Source: Catajapyx aquilonaris (Eukaryota). From it: a stretch of 64,000 nt of DNA. The stretch spans positions 1-64,000 of the forward strand of contig JYFJ02000615.1 in NCBI GenBank assembly GCA_000934665.2, written 5' to 3'. Shown here one piece after another: positions 12,440-39,953 of this stretch (position 1 is the first letter of the stretch; each line of letters opens with the position of its first letter). Position numbers and translations under genes: made by a program. The notes under the pieces were generated by a model, which made no database searches, had not been told where the DNA came from, and saw only the letters and a list, made by a program, of their open reading frames with translations.

Positions 12440-13375
12440 TAATTAAAAGATGATCCCCTAAGAGGTCCATCCAACTTGTTGCCAATTCCTGCATGTGTTT
12501 GTGAACCTTTTCATCCATGACATATGTCCTTCCAGATACAGATGATGATGAAAGAACTGGAACTTCTCTGAGTAAATTGTCGTAGGGTACCCACCAACAG
12601 TCATTTTTAGTTGGAAAAAAGTAATAATTTGCACCCCGTGCTAGGGCCATGGGCCCTCTTGGGAGGGTGGAATACCACCATATTTTTAATCTGGAACTCT
12701 TGCTTTCGTTTTTACTTCTCGTATATGGGGATGGGATAGAGACGGAAGGGAGCGGCTGTGGCCTATAATTACGGACACGACCACGGAATTTTCCTGGTGA
12801 GACCATGGGAAACCACAGAAAACCACGGTCGGGGTCGGCGGCCACCAGGATTCGAACCAAGGACCTCCCGATAAGCAGTCGGATACCATATCTCCTCCGC
12901 TACCACTGCTTCGGTAGTTGGCCAAAAGTATGTTGCTGAAGGACCCGGCGGATGCATGACCTGAACTTTAGCATCCCTTTCCTCTGCCCAGTTGTCCAGT
13001 GTCTTCCCTATCCACCACTTACTGTCATAGATAACTGCATAAAACCTTTCTGGAATAATATTGACCAACTCTTTTGTTTCACCACAGCCTTGAAAGATTT
13101 GTCCTTGAAAGAGGGTTTGAAGAAGTGGTTCTCTCTGGTGCCTACTATTGATAAGGCATTATCAAACCGTCTCTTCAGGATGACTTCATTTGCATCCACT
13201 TCCGCTGCTGGTGTGAAAAACACCTGAATTCCTAATGTTTTTAGAGGCAAATTCAAACAGATCTTTCGCACTCAAAATTTGTCCCTCCGTGGTTCTCTGA
13301 AGCCTTGCCCTTGTAGCAAGGCTCTTAATTGTTCCCCCTACTCCATCACAGGCATTTTTGCAGCGGACCATGCAA
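12440..13375 (-). pseudogene. Decayed DNA-transposon ORF (Sola2-like transposase C-terminal half), interrupted by a SINE
   Basis: Peptides KNACDGVGGTIKSLATRARLQR..ILSAKDLFEFA, IVGTRENHFF, FYAVIYDSKWWIG, MHPPGPSATYFWPT and CWWVPYDNLL..SGRTY, spread over several frames. The superfamily assignment rests on recalled motifs only. Confidence 0.6.
12624..12915 (-). mobile_element. tRNA-derived SINE, family D copy 2
   Basis: Reverse complement matches 9450-9640. 15-bp TSD with 2 mismatches (12609-12623 / 12916-12930) duplicating the YFWPT codons of the host ORF. Confidence 0.85.
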
Positions 13376-13439
13376 AATCTACAAGCAAGTCAGTCCAATT
13401 GTTGGAAGATGAGGTCAATACTGTCACTATTTTCAACGT

Positions 13440-13765
13440 GGATGCGGTGACAAGACATCCTGCCCCAATGAAAGTGAATTAATGATAGCTGGAAAGTCAA
13501 CTGAGATGGAAGTCGACTCCAGAGCACCTGCAGCATCATGGATTACTTGTACTTCAAGAAGAAGTGGCCAAATCAGGAATATGAGCTACGACCACTGTAT
13601 TTTCAATTACGGACGTGGTCACAGCATCAGTTAGAGGTTTCAGGCTGTTGGAAGGTTGAAGTTGTCTACTAAGGACAGCAACATCAACTCCCATTAGTGG
13701 TGGCAAAATACGGCGGACCATGCATGTTGGGCCGCGACTGGTTCCAAGCCTTGGGAATCAAAATA
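13440..13765 (+). mobile_element. Ty3/Gypsy LTR-retrotransposon aspartic protease remnant
   Basis: Frameshifted peptide MIAGKSTEMEVDSRA..SIMDY..LRTWS..LPLVVAK..GPCMLGRDWFQALGI, carrying a DS(G)A-type active site and an LGRD motif, with an internal stop. Confidence 0.75.
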
Positions 13766-13883
13766 GTGGGCTCACCTACAGTGGTGGATCCTGGGGCAAC
13801 AGAAGCAGGCACTAGAGTTAGACCAGGGGGTGAGGAGAGTGGGTGGACAGCGGCCACAAGGAGGGTTCCTTCCACACTCTGTG

Positions 13884-14060
13884 GATGCTCAGCTCAGGCA
13901 TGAGAATGATAGTCTCAAGCTTGCACTGGCACGAAGCTCAGCAAGTACGAGGAAATGGGAGGTTGAGCTACAGACACTGAAGGACAACAACAGCCAGCTT
14001 ACTTCTGCCCTGCAGGAGTTAGCGGCCAACATGGAGGACTGGAAGGGACAGCTACAGTCA
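13884..14060 (+). pseudogene. homer: Homer coiled-coil fragment (captured or retrocopied host-gene piece)
   Basis: DAQLRHENDSLKLALARSSASTRKWEVELQTLKDNNSQLTSALQELAANMEDWKGQLQS is colinear with the Homer coiled-coil as recalled (QLKYENDRLKLALAQSSANAKKWEVELxTLKNNNxRLTSALQESTANVxEWKRQL). No EVH1 domain was found in the window. Confidence 0.8.
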
Positions 14061-14314
14061 CAGAGGTCTCCAAATAAGAAGTCCACTTCTGACAAGAAGG
14101 CCATGTGCACCAAAGGAAAAGACCTTAGGTGAGAAGAAAGCTGACAAACAGCCATTGGCAGCTGATAATGAAGAATCCTTGAATCATCAGCAAGATCAGA
14201 AGTGAAAAGAAAGAGCGTACAATGTGAATTCCTATACCTATTCAAAACCCAACAATGACCCAGACGAAGAAAAAACACACCTCTCACACTTCCATTTATT
14301 AAAATAATAATAAT

Positions 14315-14694
14315 TGTGCTCCATGTGGCTCCTTCCTGTCTCACAAACATGCACCTGTCCCAAACTCACCGTCAGTTTGTTACCGAACCTGTGCACAGCA
14401 CCCCGAAGGATCGACCTTCCTTCTGGGCCATGGACCCGAGTGGAACCTGGCCAGGGAAGCATACTACGCCATGAAGAACAAAAGACCGCAACTTCAGACC
14501 ATGCTTCAGACTGGCCCAGCTCCATGAGAGGCCCTAACCATGGTCTTGTCTTATATCGTTCTATTCGTTCCCGATTCGTTCCAGATTCGTTCATATAAAG
14601 TTCAGCTCGGTCCCCTGTAGGGTCGCCACATATGCCAGGGATCAAGCCAGAGATTGAGTAAACGCGAAAACCAATAAATCAATAAATCTTTCCA
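14315..14694 (+). mobile_element. Possible LTR-like segment
   Basis: Begins TG. Contains short internal repeats (CTTCAGACCATG, ATTCGTTCC), TATA-like CATATAAAG and tandem AATAAA. Lies downstream of the Gypsy protease remnant. No paired LTR seen. Confidence 0.3.
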
Positions 14695-15214
14695 TGTTTT
14701 CTTTCAAGTAAAAATAATCTGGCTCTTAAATATTTAACTTTAAATGTCTGACGCAACAAACGCGTCATCAGCAGCTGATCACATTTTAAACGCGATGCGA
14801 AATAAGCCGTGATTTTGATGCAAAAGAGCAGCGATTTTTTAAACCAAAAAAATTACATAATTATGATCACAACCTATTTATAACAGTGCGCATCACATTT
14901 CGCGCAGTTTGCAATGTTGGCATTAACAACGAGAGTTGGTATTTCTGTAGTGTGGATGTACTAAGCTGCACTTATTTCCAACGCTACGCTTATTATGGGT
15001 GAGGACAAATCGGGACAAATGGTCAACGCACGTATGCGACATTGCCAAGTCTCCGGAAGGAATATCAGATGCCCAACTCTGGCAACGTTGTTATCAGAAC
15101 AGTGGAGCTGCGCGAATGTGGGTGCGCACTCCCTAATAGCTGCGATGCTATGAGCATCCAGGTATAGCCGCGAGTTCGGAAAGTAGCCGCGACCAGTGCA
15201 GCAGACTGCGAGTG

Positions 15215-16771
15215 ATGACAAGATGGCGCGATTGCTGGTACTCCTCTCTCAGGTTTGGTCACCACCACCTCCGAGGTCAAGGGTCAGGCGATGGTGCGAC
15301 CCGGACTAGCGCTTGGAGCATGACCCCAAGGACAGGCCTGACCGTCTTCCTTCTGGGGACACTCTCCGCCTTCCTCTTCTCCTCCGTACTGCTGGTGGTG
15401 CTCCAACACTTGTCGGAGTACGGGGCCAGCAATGAACGAAGCAGGGCCGTCGAGCTGTTCCTTCTGCCCGATGCAAGTCAGCTGGAGGTCGTCGAGGATG
15501 GACCGGATCTGCATCAGCTGTATCTCATACCCAGAGGGAAGCACGACGATGTTGACAACAACAGTACGTACCGGTACTCTCATTGACAGTACAGCGCTTA
15601 ACATGTTCAAATTGCAGGCTTGGAAGCTGAAGCGCTTAGTTCGCTTGTGGCGGCGGTGGAGATGAAGCGGATGGGAAAGCATGAGAAGGCGCTGAAGCTC
15701 TTCCGCCACGCCCTTGCGCTGTGTCCAAAGCATCCGGATATTCTCAACCACTACGGCGAGTTCGTGGAGGAGACGCAGCGGGATGTGATCGCCGCAGATG
15801 CGCTGTACTCACGTGCGCTTGTGTACTCCCCGCGGCACACACGTGCAGCCTCCAACCGGCGCCGTACCCTCCCGCTGGTGGAGGAGCTGGACCAATCCCG
15901 ATTCCGCCGGATTGACGCCAAGAGGGACGTCCTAGCCAGCATCCCCGGGTCCAACGCGGCATTACGACGGGTTAAGAAGGAAGCGTACTTCCAGCAGATT
16001 TACCATACGGTTGGGATCGAAGGAAACACCATGAGTCTAGCGCAGACCAGGCATATTGTGGAGACTAGGATGGCCGTGGGTGGGAAGAGCTTGATGGAGC
16101 ATAACGAGATATTGGGTCTAGATGCTGCGTTGAAGTACGTTAACGCCACGTTGGTGCAGAAGCTTGGCGAGATCACCGTCGAGGATATACTCGAGGTGAG
16201 TATGCGCCGATTGTGTACCTGACATGTGCTGAGTGACTTCCATTTGCAGGTGCATCGCCGTGTGATAGGGTACGCCGATCCACTTGAAGCAGGGCAGTTC
16301 CGCCGCACGCAGGTGTATGTCGGCGACCACATTCCTCCGTCTCCGACGGACATCCCCCCGCTGATGAACCATTTTGTCCAGTGGCTCAACTCGGCCCAGG
16401 CGCTCCGTCTTCATCCGATCAGATACGCAGCTGAGGCCCACCACCGACTTGTGTTTGTCCACCCCTTCAGCGATGGGAACGGGCGGACATCCCGCCTGCT
16501 AATGAACCTCATACTGATGCAGGCAGGGTATCCGCCTGTCATAATCCGCAAGCAGGATAGGATGGACTACTACGACCACCTGGAAGCAGCCAACGAAGGG
16601 GAGCTGCGCCCGTTCGTACGTTTCGTGGCCGATTGCACCGAGAAGACGCTGGACGTCTATCTGTGGGCCACCAAGGAGTATGCACTCGACTCTGTACCTG
16701 CTACGATCGTGACGGACTACAGTGGCTCTGAAAGTGATGACGAGGAGGATGATGACGTTATACGGACCTGA
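15215..16771 (+). CDS. FICD: Protein adenylyltransferase Fic (FICD/HYPE), 482 aa
   Basis: Exons 15215-15563, 15618-16195 and 16250-16771, joined by two 54-nt GT-AG introns in frame. N-terminal TM segment, TPR region, inhibitory motif TVGIEGN, Fic motif [12 protein letters not shown]. Confidence 0.96.
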
Positions 16772-18728
16772 CTTAGTGGCAGAATCTCTCGGGTTGAGTT
16801 CCTGCTGGCAATAGGGGCTTGTCATATTCCGCCGCTCTCGGCATTGTTTTTTTATAAATATGGTGCATATGTGCCAAAGATTTTACAACCAACTGTTTAC
16901 GTAACAAAAAGTACACACAATCGTTAGCAATATTTGAATGTTCTGCTTGTGTGCGCGCAAAGGAAGTCAGTTTTGAATTGTATCGACATTACACGTCAAG
17001 CGATCAATTAGCAACCGTCTTCCGTACACATGTTCTGCAATGTTGACTCTTTAAGTACACTGAAAGAGGGCACATATCCACAGTAAAATCTGGAGAATTT
17101 ATCAAAACCAGATTCTCCAGTGCACATTCCTGCCGCATAAACTGATGGGCCCATTTGTCAGAACATATCCCACCTCTCTTCAATACTCGTAACTGGCTAG
17201 CTGATGATTATGAAGCGACGTTGATGTACCTACAGTGGAAATTGAACAAATGTGCTGATGCTCACAATCACAATTTTGAAGTTGCTTCCCAGTACCCCTA
17301 TCCAAAATGACTAATCCGCCAGTCAAGTGCGTCCATTAAAAATCGGCTGAAATTGCGGCCACCCTAAAACAGGTCCGTGGCGCAACGTTTCCTGACCAGA
17401 ACGAACCCAGTGAAATTGCAAATTGTCGTTATCAAATCATGCGGCTGCCAGTTCGAGTCTCCCACGTTCACAAAAAAAATGCCCCTACTGCTAGTCTTGT
17501 TAGTCAAATCATTTGACAAAGTATTTAACGAGTGGCAGGCCACTCCAGATTTTTATTTTTACCATTAATTTATTGAATTTTATTCCCATCTTGTTCATTC
17601 TTGTCCCCACAACATGTATTGTCGCAAATTTCTTCCCCCCCGTCCCACCCCGCCCAAAAAACTGTACATTATACAACAATTCTCCAGATGTTAATATATA
17701 ATATATCTATGATGCAACTTTTTTTTAAAAATCATTTAATGTTCAACTTAGTGGCACCTCCCTTGTTTATTTAATTAACTGTGCATCTTCACACGATACG
17801 AAAAGAGGGGGAAAGAAATATAATTAAACAACAGAAAAATGCACAAAAACAACAGATTGATAACGTCTCTGCGTCTGTGCATTTAAACGGCTGATCTCAC
17901 TACGCCAGCAGACACAGGAACCAAAAAAAACAAAACCACACAATTTAAACTGAGCTCTGATACAGAGCATCCGAGACCAGCAAATGGAGGGGAAAAAAAA
18001 TTATAAAAAATCCAGAAAGCAGGAACACCTAGGAAAAATTTAACATTTTAAGATCGGACGTGTGGGGAATGGCTCTTGACAAACCAAAAAGAAAAGGTCC
18101 TGGATTAGCGGGAAACAGGGGACTAGAAAGAGGCGACTTTTTAAAAGCGTTAAGGAGTATAAATAACGTTAAGTAGAAAAGTTACGAAAAACTCGGACCA
18201 GGAACAGGGGACGATTCGATCTCAAAAAACACAACTAAAAAAAAAAGGTCTGGGCCATCCCACACACATAAATATTATCGCCACAAAAATTAAAGTATTT
18301 GGGGGCATCTAAACAAATATCACTAAGTTAATTTCTCGGCAGGACGCCTTTCAGCGTACGGTAACGTTCTCCTTTAAACACCGCATAATTCCGCTTCCTT
18401 GAAAAACATTCGGAATGAAGAGGTTTTTTTTAAACGTACATAAATAAACCAGGGTTATAATGACGATTTAAACCAAAAGTCTGGGGGAGTTAAAAGTTAG
18501 CAAAGAGAGGGGGGGCAGGCAGGGGAAGGGTGACAGGCTTGGAAATGCACACACCGTTCATCTCTCTCCTCAGTCTTGGAAAACACCCCCAAACCCACGC
18601 CACATTTCACCACCTCCACCTTTTAAATTCCCAAAGCTTTTTTCAACACCAGTGGTTATTTTTTTTTTTTCAGCCAAGATTTTCGTTTGTGTTGCCTTTT
18701 TTAATACGTTTTTTTCAATTAAAATTCT

Positions 18729-35725
<16,997 letters not shown>

Positions 35726-35771
35726 TTTTGTCTGCCCCTGGGCCAACCCCCTTCTTCTTTCTGTGTAGATT

Positions 35772-35819
35772 TCACAGGTGTGTCTGCTGCGTCTTCCCCC
35801 CGAAGAGGGCCAGGTCCAT
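35772..35819 (-). other. Upstream ORF (MDLALFGGKTQQTHL*) in the kinesin-13 5' UTR
   Basis: ATG at 35819, TGA at 35774-35772, ending 46 nt before the main ATG (35725). Lies inside the inferred exon 36124-35656. Confidence 0.5.
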
Positions 35820-37129
35820 CCGAATCGAACGCACTACAGTGGGGGCCGAGGGAGGGTTGGAGTGGGTGGATGGGGGTGTGTACAGGAGAGGGGGTGGTGT
35901 CCGCCCCTGGTCTCTGCCCCTTGGTCTGGGGTGGTGTATGGCCAGTCCCAGACTTCCCCCGTAAGGTCTTCCCGCTGCTCCCACAGACCAACTGACTTTT
36001 TCCTTCCTTTTTTGACAGTTATCGTTCAAACGCACCCTGGAGTGGTTGCTCGATCACAAACGAAACTTGGGAGGGGGGAGGGAAGGAAGACAGGAAAGAG
36101 AGGGGTGGAGGAGCAGGATAAAGGCTGAAAAGATTGATTGATTTTAATAATTTTATAATAACTAAAACACCCAGTTGAAAGTTAATTTTAAGCCAGAAAT
36201 GCACATTATTGGGTAATCATCATTATCGGTTAATAGCGCCTGGATGCTACCTTGCAAGTAGCTGCTACTTGCAAAATGATCGCGCTGAATAACCGTCATT
36301 GCTCTTACATATCTATGGAAATATTATAGCAAAAACGATAATATTCGTATTAATATCAACAGAATATAACCGGCTGAGTACAACAGTGTTTTGTCACATT
36401 TTAACCAGCTCAAATGCAACTGGAAAACCAAGAATGGCTAAAAGAGCAGCTATCGCCAAAATAACTGATTAGTAAGCTGCTACGTTCAGTTGTGAAAAAC
36501 CGGCCCAAACAACGTTGCCAAATGTGATGAAAATCGGGCAATTCAATCACAATTACACATAATATCGCTAAAAATTTTATTGTGCATATATTTTACACGT
36601 AATATGCATGTGCACTATGTTATGACAATGTTTGTTATTCTAATTCCATAATGTTTGACCCGGTTTGACCGTTTTATACTACATCTTGTACTACATGTAC
36701 ATCAGAATACATTAGAATTTGCTTTTTAAAAAAATGTTTTCCAGGCAGATTTGGAATAAAATTAATGTCAATTATTATGAATAATGTCCTTGAACATCTG
36801 TTCAAATGGCTCGACGACGCAAGAGGCGCTTTGGGCGGCGGGAAAGTCCGTGGGAAAGGAAAGTCAATAACTATACATAGCCGCTTTGATGTTACGGAAA
36901 AAAAACTCGCAGATCGAGCCGGTACATATCTTTGCAATTTATTTGCAATGGGGGGAGGGGTGGGGGAAAGCCTGAATAGAACATGTCAGAATTTTGGCCT
37001 ATTTAGAACACCGCAGCATTAAAGAACAATATTTGATCAATAACTATGGAAATTAAAGCGGTTGCTTTGACACGCCCTGACATTCCCGAGCCACATACGC
37101 TGCTAATTATCGCAAATGATCACACTCAC

Positions 37130-37423
37130 CCTGAATTATTCCATGTAATTTGAGCACCCATAAAATTTTGAAGACTTTCCCGAACACAAAATGTATAATA
37201 TACTACTCTATCGACTATAAATTCCTACCGACAATTCCATCACCAATACGTTCCAAAATAGTTGAATCGATACTATCGCCAACAGAGCTAGGCCTAGTTT
37301 AAACTTTGCCAAATAAATTCCTCGCCAATTTTCTGTGCCCAAAATTCGCAACAATGTGCCCAACAATGGGTGAGTAGTTGGGGGGGGGGGGCTATTATTT
37401 GGCAAAGAGAGTTGCACTTTGAG
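37130..37423. promoter_or_regulatory. Compact bidirectional promoter region shared by kinesin-13 and PLEKHJ1
   Basis: Minus-strand donor CAGG|GTGAGT at 37130 (putative non-coding kinesin exon 1) lies <300 bp from the PLEKHJ1 ATG. DRE-like ATCGATA at ~37266 and TATCGAC at ~37209. Confidence 0.55.
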
Positions 37424-38325
37424 ATGCGCTTTAACGACAAGGAGTTGGCCGAGCTGGCCCGCAAGAAGCCGGACCTGGAAGGAAGGCTGAACTACAAAGG
37501 ACCAGCCGGATCATTCAGAGACTCAGGTACGCCTTCATGACTCTCATTGTTAAATTGTGCGTAATGACTTATTGTCTATCCGCAGGGTACAAGGACCGGT
37601 GGTTCAAACTGAAGGCGAACTTCCTCTTCTACTTCAGGCTGAACGAAGTTGGAAGCATTGAAGATGATGTGGGTTTGATTTACACTTGTAGTAATATAAT
37701 GTGACTAATGTTGCCGTTGTTTAACAGCCTGCGGGAGTGATTGTGTTGGAGAATGCGATTGTGCAGCATGAGATGTACTCGGAGATGCCGTTTGCGTTTT
37801 CGCTTCGGTTCTCGGAGGATCCGGAGAAGAAGCATCTTTTCTCCGGATCTACTGAGAATCAGGTGAACCAGTGGGTGGCAAATCTTCAGAAGGCGAGTTA
37901 CGACTTTTGGAGGAGGCAGCTTGTTCAACTGCAGGTCAAGCTTAAAGCTGCGACAGGAAAGGTTATTATAATGTTTATTTTTATGAGAAAAATTCTAAAA
38001 CATGTGGTAAATTAATGAGCTATTTGTTGATTCGCCCTGATTGATTGTGATTTTTTTTTTTCAGGATCCTCTCCAAGTGATGCCCCACAACAAAGGCCAG
38101 ATCCGCAGCAGTCCTGAACTGAAGCCGTCAAAGTCACCTCGGCAGAACAGAAACCTGGGTGTCTCTCAACGAACCTCATCCTTCCAGAGCCATCTTCTGT
38201 CTTCCGCCAAAATTGATCCCCCTGTTCCCCCGCCCACTAGACGACACCAAAACCATCAAAGTCCCCAACACACTCAGAACCCTCAAAATTCCGTCCCTAT
38301 TGGAAACCTCATAGACTTATCCTAA
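37424..38325 (+). CDS. PLEKHJ1: Pleckstrin homology domain-containing family J member 1, 226 aa
   Basis: Exons 37424-37526, 37586-37668, 37728-37961 and 38065-38325. MRFNDKELAELAR..RWFKLKANFLFYFR..PAGVIVLE..FSEDPEKKHLF..ASYDFWRRQL..TGKDPL matches PLEKHJ1 as recalled. Confidence 0.92.
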
Positions 38326-38399
38326 CAGGTGTTATAAATCTAGTCGTGAAGGCTGAACAGAAAATTACAACGACTGCTGGCGTGACAAAACCTGCGTAA

Positions 38400-38682
38400 G
38401 GCCCGATTCACACGAGCCTCCAATAGTCCTGGGAGCATGCGCAGTAGGTGATTTGGGCCTGACCGAAAGGGGCGGAGTTAGTTCCTTCAACCAAATAGCC
38501 CGTGCTCTATTTTCCTTGCGCTTTCCCGACCGCCTTCCCCCACCCAGCAAGCAAAGGGAGGTTTTTGACAGGGAGGGGGAGGGCGGGAGGGGTCGGCGTG
38601 AAAGTTGCCACTCTTTCGGCTCTGTCGAATGACGTCACTGGCAGAAAAGGCGAACAACCAAAGCGACCGTGTGAATCGGGCC
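38400..38682. mobile_element. PIF/Harbinger (Tourist-like) MITE
   Basis: Perfect 15-bp TIR GGCCCGATTCACACG with 3-bp TAA TSD on both sides. Confidence 0.85.
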
Positions 38683-39953
38683 TAACAGATGTATCAATAA
38701 TTGTTAAGTTAGTACAAAGTCATAATTATGCCCATATACAGTGTGAGCCAAAGTTCCTATCAGGTTTTTCTGGAAATTGTATTAATTTTATTTGAATATG
38801 ATCTTCCATGTGTGAGATAAACGTTCATTATATTTATTTGCTACCAGAATAATTTTTGTACCATCGTTAGAAAGGTAGAGGATTTTTTCAAAACATTATG
38901 GAACAAATAGAGGTTTTTTTTTTTTTTAGGAAATGCGCCAAAAGTGCAGCTGAAACTAATAATGGGCATGCTTGTTGCCAGTTGCATCGGACATCCGCTC
39001 TCGGTCTTTTGCTTCTGATTTATGGCCACTTCGGAGATCATCACAAATAAACTGGTGATTGATCATGAGTACTTTATACAGTTATGTTAATGTAGCAGTT
39101 GTTACTGCTTTATAAGCGATGCTTATAATCACATATTTTAGCACCTGCGGTTTCAGCATGTGTCAACAAACAGACAAAAGGTCTTTGGTGGGTTGCAAAA
39201 GAAATTGAAGTGCATTGGCATAATGGTGAGCTCACTATTTAGAGGCAAAAAAGAGATGTATGGGACTGAGGCTAGAACTCACCCAAAATATTTATGTTTT
39301 ACAATAATTATTTGAAGAGCTGGAAATAAATGTGCTGAAATTGTCGGAACTTTGGATCACCTGATGGGGAAGTTGTATTCACTTAGGTTTTTGCCGGGAA
39401 GCCAAGTCATTCCTAATTTTCAACTTGGTTCACTTTACATTCCTGGGGCTGGATTTGCACGTGGATACACAGCATGCATTGCAACAATCACTTGTGTACC
39501 AGGGTATATGCTGGGATGGCAACTGCAATGACTCGCAACGCACTTGTACAGTTCATATTGTGCATCCATTTGCAGAGCCAGTCTCATTGGACAATAAGTC
39601 ACAAGTGAATATTAAATATCCTAGGACATATCTAAGTGCCTGTTGTTGTTCCTTGCACATATACACAAGGCAGCTTTATTTTCAAATCTGTTATTTGAGC
39701 TCAAGTAGTTGCCTGGATCTATGTGCATGTATGGAAGATTATATCAGCCAAGCTGACTGAATATTGAATGTTAAAATATTAAAGAGAATTAGTCACGTAA
39801 TGTGCATTTTATTAAACCCTATAACTCGGAGCACTAATTTCTGGAAGTCATTACAGGCTGATGTGGAAGTTTTGGCCATATAAGTGAAATTAACCGAGTC
39901 CTATTTTGGCAGTTTTGAATTAATTGACATCACTAGACTGTAGTATTTTTTAT

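Noticed and set aside
15215..16771. Fic gene as a bacterial toxin or horizontal transfer
   Set aside because: It has spliceosomal introns and the TM-TPR-Fic architecture of ordinary metazoan FICD.
16769..16930. Stop-codon readthrough of FICD (TGA-C followed by ~50 open codons)
   Set aside because: The context is TGA-CTT, not the strong TGA-CTAG, and an open stretch of this length can occur by chance. No conservation evidence is available.
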